64,000 bases of DNA. Origin: Squalus acanthias. Lineage: Eukaryota. Position numbers and translations under genes: made by a program. The notes under the pieces were generated by a model. That model saw only the letters and a program-made list of their open reading frames with translations. It searched no databases and was not told the origin of the DNA. Below are positions 37,362-51,219 of this stretch, one piece after another. Within the stretch, counting starts at the first letter, position 1. Each line of letters begins with the position of its first letter. The stretch covers positions 177,880,001 through 177,944,000 of the forward strand of contig CM059425.1 in NCBI GenBank assembly GCA_030390025.1, given 5' to 3'.

Positions 37362-38103
37362 AGAACATAAGAACATAAGAAATAGGAGCAGGAGTAGGCC
37401 AATCGGCCCCTCGAGCCTGCTCCGCCATTCAATAAGATCATGGCTGATCTGATCCTAACCGCCAATCTACTATCTACTATCACAGAACCATCTCCTGCAT
37501 CTAACAGAATTGCACACACGAAATAGGAGCAGAATCAGGCTACACGGTCCCTGGGCCCGCTCCACTACCCACAGGGCCATGACCGATCCGAACCTAGACT
37601 CATGTCCAAATTCCTGCCCGCTCCCCGTAACCCTTAATGCCCTTTACTTCTAGGAAACTGTCTATTTCTGTTTTAAATTTATTTAATGATGTAGCTTCTA
37701 CAGCTTTTTGTGGCAGCATATTCCATGGACCTACCACCCTCTGAGTGAAGTAGTTCCTCCTCATCTCAGTTTTGAAAGAGCAGCCCCTTATTCTAAGACT
37801 ATGTCCCCTAGTTCTAGTCTCACCCGTCATCGGGAACATCCTCCCCGCATCCACCCGATCCAACCCCTTCACAATCTTATATGTTTCAATAAGATCGCCT
37901 CTCATTCTTCTGAACTCCAATGAGTAGAGTCCCAATCTACACAACCTCTCCTCATATGACCACCCCCTCATCCCCGGGATTAACCGAGTGAACCTTTTTT
38001 GCACTGCCTTGAGAGCAAGGATGTCTTTCCTTAAGTAAGGACACCAAAACTGTATGCAGTATTCCAGGTGCGGTCTCACCAATACCTTGTACAACTGAAG
38101 CAA
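37362..38103 (-). mobile_element. 5'-truncated CR1 LINE with doubled 3' UTR
   Basis: ORF 37600-38148 is the CR1 C-terminus; (AGAACATA)n tail. Confidence 0.92.
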
Positions 38104-38117
38104 TAGTGTGTAATATA

Positions 38118-38504
38118 TATGAATATATATATAAATATATACATACACACCACATGCAATCTCCTTGTAGTCAATTGCAAATGACTTTCACGTGGGTTTG
38201 CAGTAATAATATTGCAGAGGATTGTGATACTGTTCAATGAACATCATCTGGCTCTACACTACACTTAAACTTTGGAATCCTCGTAAAAATATCAAAAAGC
38301 ACTTGAACTCTTCCTTAAATGGTAAAATTCTTGAGCTTTAAAACAGAAAGAAAAACTGTAAATAATTTATAAACTAGGAGCAAAAATCTGATTGTAGTTT
38401 GGAAGAGTGTTTTACTATGTCCCTGTTTGTTTTGAATGTTGTTTCAATTCTTGCTGCACTAATTTTTCTCATCACTCCACATGTTCTTTTTTTAAATTTG
38501 TTCT
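38118..38504 (+). repeat. AT-rich segment, probable donor of 34731-35093
   Basis: Direct repeat; the longer of the two copies. Confidence 0.93.
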
Positions 38505-39152
38505 CAGGATTTTGCTGATGCTGGCAAGGTCACATTTATTGCCCATCCTTAGTTACATAGATGGGCCTTCTTCTTCAACCAATGCAGACCCTGTGGTCAT
38601 GGTGCTCCCACAATAATGGTAGGTAGGGAATTCCAGGTTTTTAATTCAGCAACGATGAAGCAATGGTGATACATGCCCAAGTCAGGATGGTGTATGACTT
38701 GGTGGGCAACTTGAAAGTGATGGCGGTCCCATGAGCTTGCTGTTCTTGTCCTTCTCAGCGCTAGAGGTCATGGCACTGAAAGGTACTGGGAGCTGCTGTC
38801 AAACTAAATTTGGAAAGTTGCTGAAGGTCATGCTGTAGATAATACATATTGTAGCCACAGTGTGCCTGGAGGGGTGCAGGGTCAATATTGAGTCTAGCGG
38901 CAGGGGTGCCAATGAAGCAGACTGCTCTGTTCTGGATATTGTTGAGTGTTGTTGCAGCGGCACCCATCCAGGCGAGTGGTGAGTATTCTATTGCATTCCT
39001 GACTTGAGCCTTGTAGATGGTGGAAAGCCTTTGAGGGATCAGGGGCGGAGCCACTTATCACAGAGTACCCAGCCTCTGCCCTGCTCTTGTAACCACAGTG
39101 TTGATATGGCTGGTCCAGTTCAGCTTCTGATCAATGGTGATCCCCAAAATGT
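38505..39152 (-). mobile_element. Older family-B-like LINE 3' portion
   Basis: LSTIYKAQVRNAIEYSPLAW motif and family B-like 3' end. Confidence 0.85.
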
Positions 39153-39310
39153 TGGGCAGTTTACATGTTACAACAACAACCACAATCACTGAAAGCATAT
39201 GTACAACAATGCAAGTAAATAAGGTTGATATTTATTCAACATGACTTGCAGTTACATCATGCTTGAAATTTCTCCCATCTATCTTTCTCAGTTTTCCAGT
39301 GATGGAAAAT

Positions 39311-40065
39311 TCAGTAACGGTTGACATCTTTGTTTGTTGCGAGGTAGGATTTTATCCACATAAGATGGTCCAGATGGGTAACTTCCAGTCTGTTGCGAGA
39401 CTTGGTTTTGATCTGATTCATTAACCTGAAGCCACGCTTGCAATCAGCACAGGAGGTTTGAAAGGTGCCACATTTATCAACCAACCCAGCCAAGTCTATA
39501 AACTGCTCTTCTTTCATTGTGTAAGTTACCATGTCGGTAAATGTACTAATCGCACCTGCTTTCAGTTTTTCCACAACGATAAATTTATAGCCTGTGTACT
39601 GCTTGCAGAAGTGATCGGTTATTCATCCATCGGTTTGCACTGGTAGATTCAAGACTGCTTGGTTCTTGTGAATGAGTTTGCTTACATTTTCTGTGTTGTA
39701 ATCAAATTTGGCAGAAACCAGTGCTTTGATATCGAATACAGACCACTCTTGCAGTTCATTCTCCGGATATCGAGCATCGAAATGTTCACATAGTCTTGCA
39801 ATGAAAGAAAGAATACCTGTTGTATCAATGGTATTGGTGAGAGAAACCATTTCTTGTTTCACTTTCTCACTCCAGTGAGTTTTTTCTCTGAGGTACTGGG
39901 TGCGCATTTTTTCAATTTTGGCCTTTGCATAGCGATAGTCTTCAATGACACTGAGACTACTTCTTTGAAAAATGTGGCACAGTTCAGACAATTACCCCAA
40001 AATATCATTTAGCACAGTCAGTGCAATACGATACTGCCGATCTAGAAGCTTTTTGAGACGGTACT
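39311..40065 (-). pseudogene. hAT transposase C-terminal fragment (dimerisation domain)
   Basis: TSCADCKRGFRLMNQIKTKSRNRL...LDHLMWIK resembles the hATC motif; frameshifted and cut off by the CR1 at 40066. Confidence 0.8.
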
Positions 40066-43000
40066 CACTGTGAACAGCAGAGAAGGAGCGGTTTTAACAG
40101 GGGACCGAAGCGGAGAGAGAAAAATAAAATCAAGGAGTGACAGCACAGGACAGCAGGTAGGTGATTGGTTGGTGAGTATTAGAGCATTTTTTTTGTCTCT
40201 AAGCTAGTGCAGTGTTTTAAACAAAGAGCTGGGGAACAATAACTAATACTTTATTAAATTAATAACTTAACTAGATAAACTAATTAATTAATATAACTCT
40301 AAATAATTACTTGATTAAAAACTTAAACTAATTTAAATAAGCATATGAATAAAAAAAACTCTGGAGATGGCAGGGCAGGCTATGTGTCGGGACTGTAGTA
40401 TGTGGGAGTTTGTGGACAGCGAGACTGTCCCGGATTCCCACATCTGCAGGAAATGTCTCTGCCTTCAGTCACTCCGGCTCAGAGTCATTGAGCTGAAGTG
40501 CGAGTTAGAGACACTCCGAAACATAAGGGAGGGGGAGGAATTTCTAGACAGTTTTATCCAGAATACAGTCACACCCCAGAGGAAAGCATAGGTTCAGAAA
40601 GGGGAGGGTGTGACTGCTCGGGAGAAGGGTAGCGGGAACTTAGGAGAGGTTGAGAAGGAAGTCCCGCAGACACTGGTCCTGTCCAACAGGTATGATATAC
40701 TCGCTACCCGTGAAGACAAGGAGAAAGACTGCGGGGAGACCAAGGCACCGTGGCTCAGAAGGCTGTCCAAGAGGGTGAAGAGCAGAATAGAAATGTGGTA
40801 GTGAAAGGGGATTCTATAATTTGGGGATAGATAGCGTCCTCTGTAGCCAAGAACGAAAATCCCGACGGGTGTGTTGGCAGGGTAAGGGATATTTTGAGGT
40901 GGCTGGAGAGGAATTTGGAAAGGAGGGGGTAAATCCAGTTGTTGTTGTTCATGTCAGAACAAACAGCATAGATAGGAACAGGGAGGAGGTCCTGCTGAAG
41001 GAGTATCAGGAGTTAGGAGCTAAATTAAAAAGCAGGACCTCGAGGATAATAATCTCTGGATTATTGCCCAAGCCACGATGAAATTGGCATAGAAGCAGTC
41101 AGATCAGGAGAATTAACATGTGGCTAAAGGGCTGGTGTGGGAAAGAGGGGTTCCTTTTCATAGGACACTGGCACCAGTACTGGGACAGGAAGGAGCTGTA
41201 CCAATGGGACGGGCTCCACTTGAACCGGGATGGGACCCGTGTCCCAGCGGAAAGGGTAAATAGGGAGGTGGCAAAGGCTTAAAACTAGTAAGATGGGGGG
41301 AGGGATCTACAAGAAATGAAACCAGCCTATATATACACAAAACATGAAAGGAGACCACAGGAAAGAGTAAAGTAAGGGAGGATATTGATGCCTAGGGAAT
41401 AAATGGAGTGATAGAACAGGAGTGTAAAAAGATGGTTAAAAATAAAGTGAAAGAAACTGCTATTAAAAATGAGTTAAACTGTCTTTTTTAAATTTTATTC
41501 ATTTTTATGGATTCTGGGCGTCGCTGGCAAGGCCAGCATTTATTGCCTATCCCTAATTGCCCTTGAGAAGGTGTTGGTGAGCCACCTTCTTGAACCGCTG
41601 CAGTCCGTGTGGTGAAGATACCCCCACAGTGCTGTTAGGTAGGGAGCTCCAAGATTTTGACCCAGCGATAATGAAGGAGCAGTGATATATTTCCAAGTCA
41701 GGATGGTGTGTGACTTGGAGGGGAACTTGGAGGTGGTGGTGTTCCCATGTGCCTGCTGCCCTTGTTCTTCTAGGTGGTAGAGGTCACTGGTTTGGGAGGT
41801 GTTGCCGAAGAAGCCTTGGCGAGTTGCTGCCGTGCATCTTGTAGATGGTACACACTGCAACCACAGTACGCTGGTGGTGGAGGGAGTGAATGTTTAAGGT
41901 GGTAGATGGGGTGCCAATCAAGCGGGCTGCTTTGCCCTGGATGGTGTTGAGCTTCTTGAGTGTTGTTGGAGCTGCACTCATCCAGGCAAGTGGAGAGTAT
42001 TCCATCACACTCCTTACTTGTGCCTTGTAGATAGTGGAAAGGCTTTGGGGAGTCAGGAGGTGAGACACTCGCCACAGAATACCTAGCTTCTGACCTGCTC
42101 TTGTTGCTACAGTATTTATGTGGCTGATCCAGTTAAGTTTCTGGTCAATGGTGACCCCCAGGATGTTGATGTTTGGGATTCAGTGATGGTAATGCCATTG
42201 AATGTCAAGGGGAGGTGGTTAGACTCTCGCTTGTTGGAGATAGTCATTGCCTGGCACTTGTGTGGCGCGAATGTTACCTGCCACTTATCAGCCCAAGCCT
42301 GAACATCGTCCAGGTCTTGTTGCATGCGGGCATGGACTGCTTCATTATCTGAGGAGTTGTGAATGGCACTGAACACTGTGCAGTCATCAGCGAACATCCC
42401 CACTTCTGACCCTATGTTGGAGGGAAGGTCATTGATGAAGCAGCTGAAGATGGTTGGGCCTAGGACACTGCCCTGAGGAACTCTTGCAGCGATGTCCTGG
42501 GGCTGTGATGATTGACCTTCAACCACCACAACCATCTTCCTTTGTGCTAGGTATGACTCCAGCTAGTGGAGAGTTTTCCCCCTGATTCCCATTGACTTCA
42601 GTTTTACTAAGGCTCCTTGATGCCACACTCGGTCAAATGCTGCCTTGATGTCAAGGGCAGTCACTCTCACCTCAGATCTGGAATTCAGCTCCTTTGTCCA
42701 TGTTTGGACCAAGGCTGTAGAGCAATGCACACAGTGTCCATAATACAACAGGGGAGCTGGAGGCAATCATGCATTGCGAGGAACCAGACATAGTAGGGAT
42801 TACTGAGACATGACTACAGAAAAATCAGGACTGGGAATTAAACATTGCAGAGTATAACATTTTTAGAAAAGATCAAGAGGGAAAAAGGGGAGGTGGACTA
42901 GCTGTACTTATTAGGGATAACATAATGGCAGTAGAAAAAAGTGACGTAGCTATCAGCAAGACAAAAATAGAATCCATGTGGATAGAGATAAATGATAATA

Positions 43001-45012
43001 AAGGATCATTCACACTAATAGGGGTAGTCTACAGGCCACCTAATAGTGGAAGGGAGGTGGAGGAAGAAATATGCAAACAAATTAGGGAAATGAGTAAAAA
43101 ACATAGAATAATAATCATGGGAGAGTTCAACTATCCCGATATTAATTGGACAGAAGAGGTAGATAAAGGGGATAATGGAATGGAGTTCCTACAATGTGTG
43201 CAGGACTCCTTTCTAACCCAATATGTAAAAAGTCCAACAAGGGAAGATTCGCTATTGGATCTAGTAATGGGGAATGAACCAGAGCAGATAAGAAAAGTAA
43301 AAGTAGGGGAACATCTAGGCAATAGTGATCATAATATAATATGCTTTAAAATAATAATTGAGAAGGACATAAGTATGACGAAGACCAGGGTAATAGATTG
43401 GAGTAAAGCTGATTTTGAGTGGCTGAGAATAGAACTTGGGAAAATAAAATGGACAACAATATTGGCAAACAATGACGTAGAACAGCAATGGGAAACATAT
43501 AAAATGGTCCAGGAAAAATATATTCCACTAAAAAACAAGAACAAGCTAAACACTAATGAGACAACATGCATGAATAAAGCCATAGGGAAAAATTGAGGGT
43601 AAGGAAAGAGGCAGACACTAAGTACATGGACAGTAGGGGAGAGTATGATTTGGGAAACTATGAAGTGATTCAGAAAGGAGTCAAAAATGCAATTAGGAAG
43701 GCAAAGAGGAACTATGGAATTAAATTATCAAGGAACATAACACAAAATATTAAATAATTTGCAGGCACATCAATAAAAAAAAGGATGGTCAGGATGGGAA
43801 TAAGGCCACTAAGGGATGGATAGGATAATGCCACAGGCAGTGATAGAGAGATGGCAGAAATATTAAATAATTACTTTGCCTCAGTATTTACCAGGGAGAT
43901 AGAACAGGTGGACATGACATTGGATCATGAGATTAGTAATGAAATAACTGAATTTAAAATAAAAAGAGGAGATATATTGAATAAACTAATCAAACACAAA
44001 GAGGAAAAAAACACTGGTCCAGATGAATTACAGCCGTGCATATTAAAAGAATCCAGGGAAGAGATATAAGAGGCATTACTACATATATTTAATAATTCAT
44101 TAGAAAAGGTGTAGTGCCAGAGGACTGGCGGATAGCTAACATAATACCTATATTTAAGAAGGGAGATAGAACATGTCCAGGGAACTATAGACCAGTCAGC
44201 TTAACATCGGTGGTAGGAAAATAGAAGAACATCTAGAAGCCAAAAATATAATAATGAATAGTCAGCATGAATTTCTAAAGAGATAGTCTTGCTTGACCAA
44301 CCTCATTGAATTTTTTGAAGAGGTAACAGGGAGAATAGACAAGGGTAATGCAATAGATGTAATATATCTAGATTTTCAAAAAGCATTCGATAAGATACCA
44401 CATAATAGACTAATGAATAAAGTCAGAGAATGCAGAGTCGGGGACAAGTAGCAGAATGGATAGCTAGCTGGCTTCAAGACAGAACGCAGACAGTAGGGGT
44501 AAAGGGTAGCTATTCAGAGTGGCAGAAGGTGGGTAGTGGTGTTCCACAAGGATCAGTGCTGGGACCACTGTTGTTCATAATTTATATTAATGATTTAGAT
44601 TTTGGAATCAAAAACACAATTTCTAAATTTGCGGATGACACCAAATTGGGGGGGGGATAGTTAATACTGAGGAGAACTGAAACAAATTACAGGAAGACGT
44701 TAATAAACTTGCAGAATGGGCATACAATTGGCAAATTAAATTCAACGCAGATAAATGTGAGGTATTATATTTTGGTAGGAAGAATAGGAGGGTGCAAGTC
44801 TGGGTGGGGTAGAGGAGAAAAGGGATCTCGGATTACAAATACACAAATTACTAAAAGTAGTGACACAGGTTAAAAAGGCCATAAAAAAGCAAACCAAGCA
44901 CTAGGGTTTATTTCTAGAGGGATAGAATTGCAAAGTAGTGAAGTTATGCTAAACCTGTATCGAACCTTGGTTAGACTACACTTAAGAGTACTGCGTACAA
45001 TCCTGGTCGCCA
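40066..45012 (+). mobile_element. CR1 LINE with 5' UTR, ORF1 and ORF2, interrupted by a family B LINE, 3' end lost
   Basis: MAGQAMCRDCSMW ORF1; KNELNCL before the insert continues as SNAHSVHN...ITET after it; RT to FADDTK. Confidence 0.92.
41490..42719 (-). mobile_element. Family B LINE nested in the CR1 ORF2 start
   Basis: [21 protein letters not shown] and FADDCT; same 3' end as 23955. Confidence 0.92.
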
Positions 45013-45016
45013 TAAT

Positions 45017-45886
45017 GGCCCGAAAATTAAATCTAATACACGAGAGTACGCATTGTGTACTCTCGCGTATTAGATCCCGAATTGCCGGTTTCCTGCATGC
45101 ACTGCGCATGCGCGGGAAACCGGCACTTCGTGAATTGAAAAGGGGGTGGTTCCTAAGTGAACCGCGTACGCACTACAGGCTGCGCGCACGCAGTGCACTT
45201 AGTTTTTTTTTCAGCTTTGAACGCGCAGGTAAGAGGCGAAGATTTTACACATAAAGAAAGCAGGCGTAGGACCCCCTTTTAACAAGGTAAGTAGTTAATT
45301 AAGTGTTATTTTAAATTTTTTTCAACAGGTTTATCTTTTTTAGAGACTTTAAAGAAAGGTAAGTTTATTTTTATAACTTTTAAAAAGATTTAAAAAAATT
45401 TCAAAAATGTAATTTTTTGTTTAAAGTGGTTAATTTATTTAACTATACTTATTTTATTAATGTGAAGGCTTTTTTAAAAATTTAATTGAAGTTTAGCTGT
45501 TCTTTTTGGGGTTTGTAGTATTCATAGCTTTGACAGCCCTTGCTGTTAAAACTATGAATGAAAGATGGTGTGCTGCCATTGGCTCTAACTGAATCACGTG
45601 ATCCCAGAGCTCGAACTAACTAATTGCGTACTTCACGTCAGAAAAGGGTTAAACTAGCTAAAACGTTTCAAAATGGCATTACAGAGCCAATTTAGGGCTT
45701 GTTAAGGGCTTTAATGGCCTCTCCCGCCTCTTGGAGGCGGGACGGAGTCAGGAACCCCGTGACTGATTTTGTCAAAATTGCGTGGAGGCGGGATGGAGTC
45801 GGGATGGGGTCGGGACCCCCGACCCGCAAATTTAACCCCCCACACGCCTCCAAACCCGACTCCATGGGTCATTCAAAATCCAGCCC
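45017..45886. mobile_element. Non-autonomous DNA element(s), Harbinger-like termini
   Basis: Begins GGCCCGAAAATT and ends AAAATCCAGCCC; subterminal hairpins and GGAGGCGGG repeats; TSD not clean. Confidence 0.55.
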
Positions 45887-46125
45887 ATAGTTCTTGCTTC
45901 TCCCGTTGGGAGGAACAGTAACATATTTCGCTAAATGGTCGGTAATTTTCTGCACCGACAACATGGATGTGTTTATTTTTCTCGCAAGGAGCACATTGTC
46001 AATCAGAATTTTTATTTCATCCAGATTTGTTCGCTGACATCCCCCCATTTCAATGCGCTTCTGTCGGTTTTCAGCAGATTCTGCAAATAAATGCGAAATT
46101 TCAATGCCATGTTTCTGAACGTTTA

Positions 46126-47282
46126 GGGGTAAAAATTCACTTGGTTGCGCCTCCCGTTAGCGCCTTAAGAGGGCGCTAATGGGGCGTTAAGCTGCTAACG
46201 CCCGGGCACAGCGCTGTTTGCGCCGCTCGAGAACTTAACTTGAGATTGTGCGGCGGCGCTAAAACTTACCGCTGCGACCACCTGCGCGCGCAGATTGTGA
46301 CGTCATTCCATGGTGCAACGCCCTTGGGGCGCCCCGGAGCGGAAATTGAGTGGCGCCCCCTGCCTTACCGCCTGGCGCTTCCAACGACCGGAAGACTGGA
46401 ACGTTATCAATCGGTGTGGGGCTGGGGGGGGGCGCTATTTAAAGGGGGCCTCTTCCTGTCTTTTTCTGTGGTCGACATTTATGCACCACTCATTCTGAGA
46501 GAGAGAGAGAGATTCGGAGAGAGAGAGAGAGAGACTTCTACATTGACTCAACGCTTTGTGAGGTAGTTTTGCCTAGTTCATCCTAACTTTGCTGCTACTT
46601 TAGTTGCTGTACCTCATTACTTTTCTGGCAAAGAGAATATGGGGGCTGCAATGATTGGGGGCGTCGTCCTGCTCCAGCTGAATCGGAGGATACTGAGACG
46701 CAGACAGAGAGTGGCAATGATGGCCAGACGGAGGAGGGCCATCAGGCGCATGTACAGGAGAGCTTACCCTCCCAGGGTATATCGTGAACAGCTCTCCTAC
46801 ATCCATATGTCCGAGGAGCTGTGTTTGCGAAGGCTGCGATTCAGCAAGGAGGTGGTCACTGAGCTCTGTCACCTGCTGCAGCCAGATCTGCAGCCTCAGC
46901 TGAGGTCCAGGACGTCTCTGTCGGTGGCAGTGAAGGTCACAGTGGCTTTGAACTTCCAGGCTGAGATTCAAGGCTGCAATGAGCAGGGTGTGGCTGGGGA
47001 GCAAGTGGCCCCCCCCGCTTTAAGAAGTGTCCGGCGCCATTGTGTCTGTGTTCCCTCGCTAACTGGCAGCAGCTGCGCTGCGCTCGTGCGCTGAGTTAGC
47101 GCCTCACTCCTTGGCCTTTGCGCCTTAAGAGAGGTGTGCAGCGCCTACTTTAGCGCTCCACTCACCTCCCGGGGCGGTAAAAGTGAAGTTTCCTGTCAGT
47201 GCCGATAATTAGCGCCAGGCGCTAATATTTGCGTCCGGACGATATTTGCGCCCCAAATGGGGCGCGACCTAATTTCTACCCC
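46126..47282 (+). mobile_element. Internally deleted Harbinger element
   Basis: TIR GGGGTA(A/G)AAATT, TTA TSD (46123-25 / 47283-85), transposase N-terminus 46639-46960 (RLRFSKEVVTELCHLL..VKVTVALNF). Confidence 0.92.
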
Positions 47283-47904
47283 TTAAGCTTTTAACTGCAT
47301 CAATATGAGCTTTATCAATTAAGTGGCATTTCAGATTCCATTCAGTCCATCTTTTACCACTTATAACTTTTGATCTTCTTTCCCGCTCCGATGTTGTCCT
47401 CGATCTCCTTCCCATCCCGCTATCTTCCTCAATCTCTTTTCCGCTCCGATGTCATATTGCCGCTTTTTCGGCCTCGCCCTTTGACTGCTTGCTTCGAATG
47501 ATACTGTTCCATTGCTATTGGGTCGACTCGAATTTTGAATAATGCTGCTCCATTGCTTTCTGTCAATGTGCGCGACCCCTTCAATGTAGTGTTACTTCTT
47601 GGATCGCTGTGCAGCCGCACAGAGAGAACATTGGCTGGGTGGGGGAAGAGTGATTGGAGGTCGGGGCCGCAGGAGCTGGAAGAGCTGGAGGAGCGGGCAC
47701 CGGCAGTGCTCGGGTGCTTACTTACCTTATTTTTGAAGGCGATCTTTAGCATTGGTTTCCCTGCATGCTGAGGGCTCTGACGGTGACTGCCTCAGGGAAA
47801 ACCAATGTTACAGCTTGAAGGAAGGATTAGGCCCCTTATTTGCATATGCAAATAGTCTAACGTCAGTTTTTGGTGTGGGTAAAGGACACCGATTGGTTTT
47901 AATC

Positions 47905-48723
47905 TTTTTATTCATTCATGGGATGTGGGCATCACTTGCCCATTCCTAATTGCACTTGGGAAGGTGGTGGTGAGCTGCCTTCTTGAACCGCTGCAGTCCA
48001 TGCGGTGAAGTTACTCCCACAGAGCTGTTAGGGAGGGCGTTCCAGGATTTTGACCCAGCGACAATGAAGGAGCAGTGATATATTTCCAAGTCAGGATGGT
48101 GGGTGACTTGGAGGGGAACTTGCAGGCGATGGTGTTCCCATGCGCCTGCTGCCCTTGTCCTTTTAGGCGGTAGAGTTCGAGGGTTTGGGAGGTGCTGTTG
48201 AAGAAGCCTTGACAAGTTTCTTGTAGATGGTACACACTGCAGTCACGGTGTGCCGGTGGTGGAGGGAGTGAATGTTTAAGGTGGTGGATGGGGTGCCAAT
48301 CAAGCGGGCTGCTTTGACCTGGATGGTGTCAAGCTTCTTGAGTGTTGTTGGAGCAGGCAAGTGGAGAGTATTCCATCACACTCCTGACTTGTGTCTTGTA
48401 GATGGTGGAAAGGCTTTTGGGAGTCAGGAGGTGAGTCACGCGCCGCAGAATACCCAACCTCTGACCAGCTCTTGTAGCCGCAGTATTTATGTAGCTGGTC
48501 CAGTTAAGTTTCTGGTCAATGGTGACCCCCAGGATGTTGATGGTGGGGGATTTGGTGACGGTAATTCCATTGAATGTCAAGGGGTGGTGGTTAGACTCTC
48601 TCTTGTTGGAGATGTTCATTGCCTGGCACTTGTGTGGCACAAATGTTACTTGCCACTTATCAGCCTAAGCCTGAACATTGTCCATGTCTTGCTAAATGCG
48701 GGCATGGACTGCTTCATTATCTG
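47905..48723 (-). mobile_element. Family B LINE, 5'-truncated
   Basis: LGVTIDQKLNW and MEYSPLA motifs; shared 3' end. Confidence 0.9.
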
Positions 48724-49019
48724 ACACAATGTGGTGGACAATGCACTTCCAGTCGTAAGTGTGCTTGCGCTTCCTACTTTGGGGCCTTATCGGCCATGTA
48801 ATGCGTGAAAAACATGCGCAATGTGACCCAATTTAACTCCCATAGAGTTGTGAGTTCTTTCTGTGTATGCTTTGGGAGTTGGGTGATGGAGAAATATTGA
48901 TTTCTGTCTTAGGAAGGATGTTGGTAGCAGTCTTGGAGAGTGAAGGACTCAATGGGCCGAATGGCCTCCTTCTTTGCCGTTATGACTCTATGGGGGTGAT
49001 TTTATCAATGGGGATATGA

Positions 49020-49885
49020 TAGAAACATAGAAACATAGAAGATAGGAGCAGGAGTAGAGCATTCGGCCCCTCGAGCCTGCTCCGCCATTCAATGCGATCA
49101 TGGCTGATCATCCAAATTTAGTACCCTGTCCCTGCTTTCTCCCCATATCCCTTGATCCCCTTAGCCGTAAGAAATATATCTAACTCCTTCTTGAATATAT
49201 TTAATGAATTGGCCTCAACTGCCTTCTGTGGTAGAGAATTCCACAGGTTCACCACTCTCTGGGTGAAGAAATTCCTCCTCATCTCAGTCCTAAATGGCTT
49301 ATCCCTTATCCTTCGACTGTGACATCTGGTTCTGGACTCCCCCGCCATCGGGAACATCCTTCCTGCATCTAGTCAGTCTAGTCCTGTAAGAATTTTCTAA
49401 GTTTCAATGAGATCCCCTCTCATTCTTCGAAACTCTAGCGAATATAAGCCTAATCGACCCAATCTCTCTTCATACGTCATTCCTGCCATCCCAGGTATCA
49501 GTCTGGTATATCTTCGCTGCACTCCCAACATGGCAAGAACATCCTTCCTCAGATAAGGCGACCAAAACTGCACACACTACTCAAGGTGTGGTCTCACCAA
49601 GGCCTTGTACAACTGCAGCAAGACATCCTTGCTCCTGTACTTGAATCCTCTCGCTATGAAGGCCAACATACCATTTGCCTTCTTAACTGCCTGCTGCACC
49701 TGCATGCTTACCTACAGCGACTGGTGCACAAGGCCTCCCAGATCTCGTTGCACTTCCCCTTTTCCCAATCTATTGCCGTTCAGATAATCTGTCTTCCTGT
49801 TTTTGCCACCAAAGTGGATAACCTCGCATTTATCCACATTATACTGCATCTGCCATGCATCTGCCCAATCACCCAACCTGTCCAA
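49020..49885 (-). mobile_element. 5'-truncated CR1, same subfamily as 50945-56472
   Basis: (AGAAACAT)n tail; LDRLGDWADAWQMQYNVDKCEVIHFG identical to the 54380 region. Confidence 0.93.
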
Positions 49886-51219
49886 GAGGCGGGACTGCTG
49901 CTTGTCGGGTTTTAGTCCCGCCTCCATCGACATCTGGCCAACCCACGCTATTTTCCGTTGATTGACCTTGTTACGTCTGCCCAGCGGGCTGAGCAGGCCA
50001 ATTAAGGGAAAGCCAGTGACAGAGAACGTCAGCGTATGACGTTTCATCTGTCAAAAAATTTTGACAGATGAATTGTCATCGTTTGACACCTTTGAGAAGC
50101 TGTCAAGCACTGACAATCTCTGTTTATTGGTGAGTCCTTGTACTCAAGACTCACCAAACCTCTTTCCTCAGCAGAAATCAGATGGCTGTTGCATCGGAGA
50201 ATGCAGCAGACATTTTGTCATCTCTGCCATGGAGATGAGGCACCTCCACAGCCTAAAGGGATGAAGCCTGGAGGAAGAAGCAAAGGTAAATAATCTTATT
50301 AAAACACTTTTCACTCACCTCACACACTTACCTCTCCACACTTGCACTCATCACTCACCTGCACACCGGACATTTCGGCCCCTCTGACCCCCGCAGACCC
50401 ACGGCTTTCCTCACTGACCCTAGCGAGGTTCGGAGCCGTCGGGAAGCCCACACTTTAGGGCTCAAAATAGTTATTAGCCAAAAAACTGCCTGTTAACTAC
50501 CTGTTAACAGGCAGTTAATTGGCACTAATCCCCTTCCCGCCTCGAGGAGATGGGACCCGGCGCGGGTCGGGTACCCACCTCCTGGGAAGATGGCATGGAG
50601 GCGGGTTGGGGGCGGGATGGGTACCCTCTCCCAGATTCTGCCATTTTCCCAGCAGTCCCGCCTCCATACCCGCCTCCCCAGGGCTGGGAAAATTGACTCT
50701 ATGGGGACGATTTTCTCACTGGAGGCGAGATGGAGGCGGGTTTAAGTTTGGGTGGGTTTGAAACCCGCCTCCACTGATAGTTTTCAAAAATTTGCAATTT
50801 TCCTATGATTGGCCACTTGATTTCAGAGGTGTGGGATGCCCTTGGTCAATTAGTGTTTTGGGACTGAAACTCACATCTGCAGATATCACTTTTCTAGTCT
50901 GATTTTATGGCTTCTTGCTCCCTTGGCTCATTCCACAGGATAGACCGGCGGCAGCAGCGAGAGCGGCCCTGGGTGGAGACTGAGCGCGGAGACCGAGGAG
51001 TTAAAGAGTGTGATGGCACCAGAAAGCAGGTAAGTGATTGGTTGGTGAGTATTTCTCCCTTTCTCGCTTTTTTCTAAACTTAATTTTTATGTTTTATAGT
51101 TTCTAGGGTCTCTCGTGTGTAGCAGGGAGTGCTAGTAAACAAGGGCCCTTGAGTATATCATTTAATTGTAGTGTAATTGATTTGATTTAATTTAATTTGA
51201 ATTAATTACAGGGTAAGTC

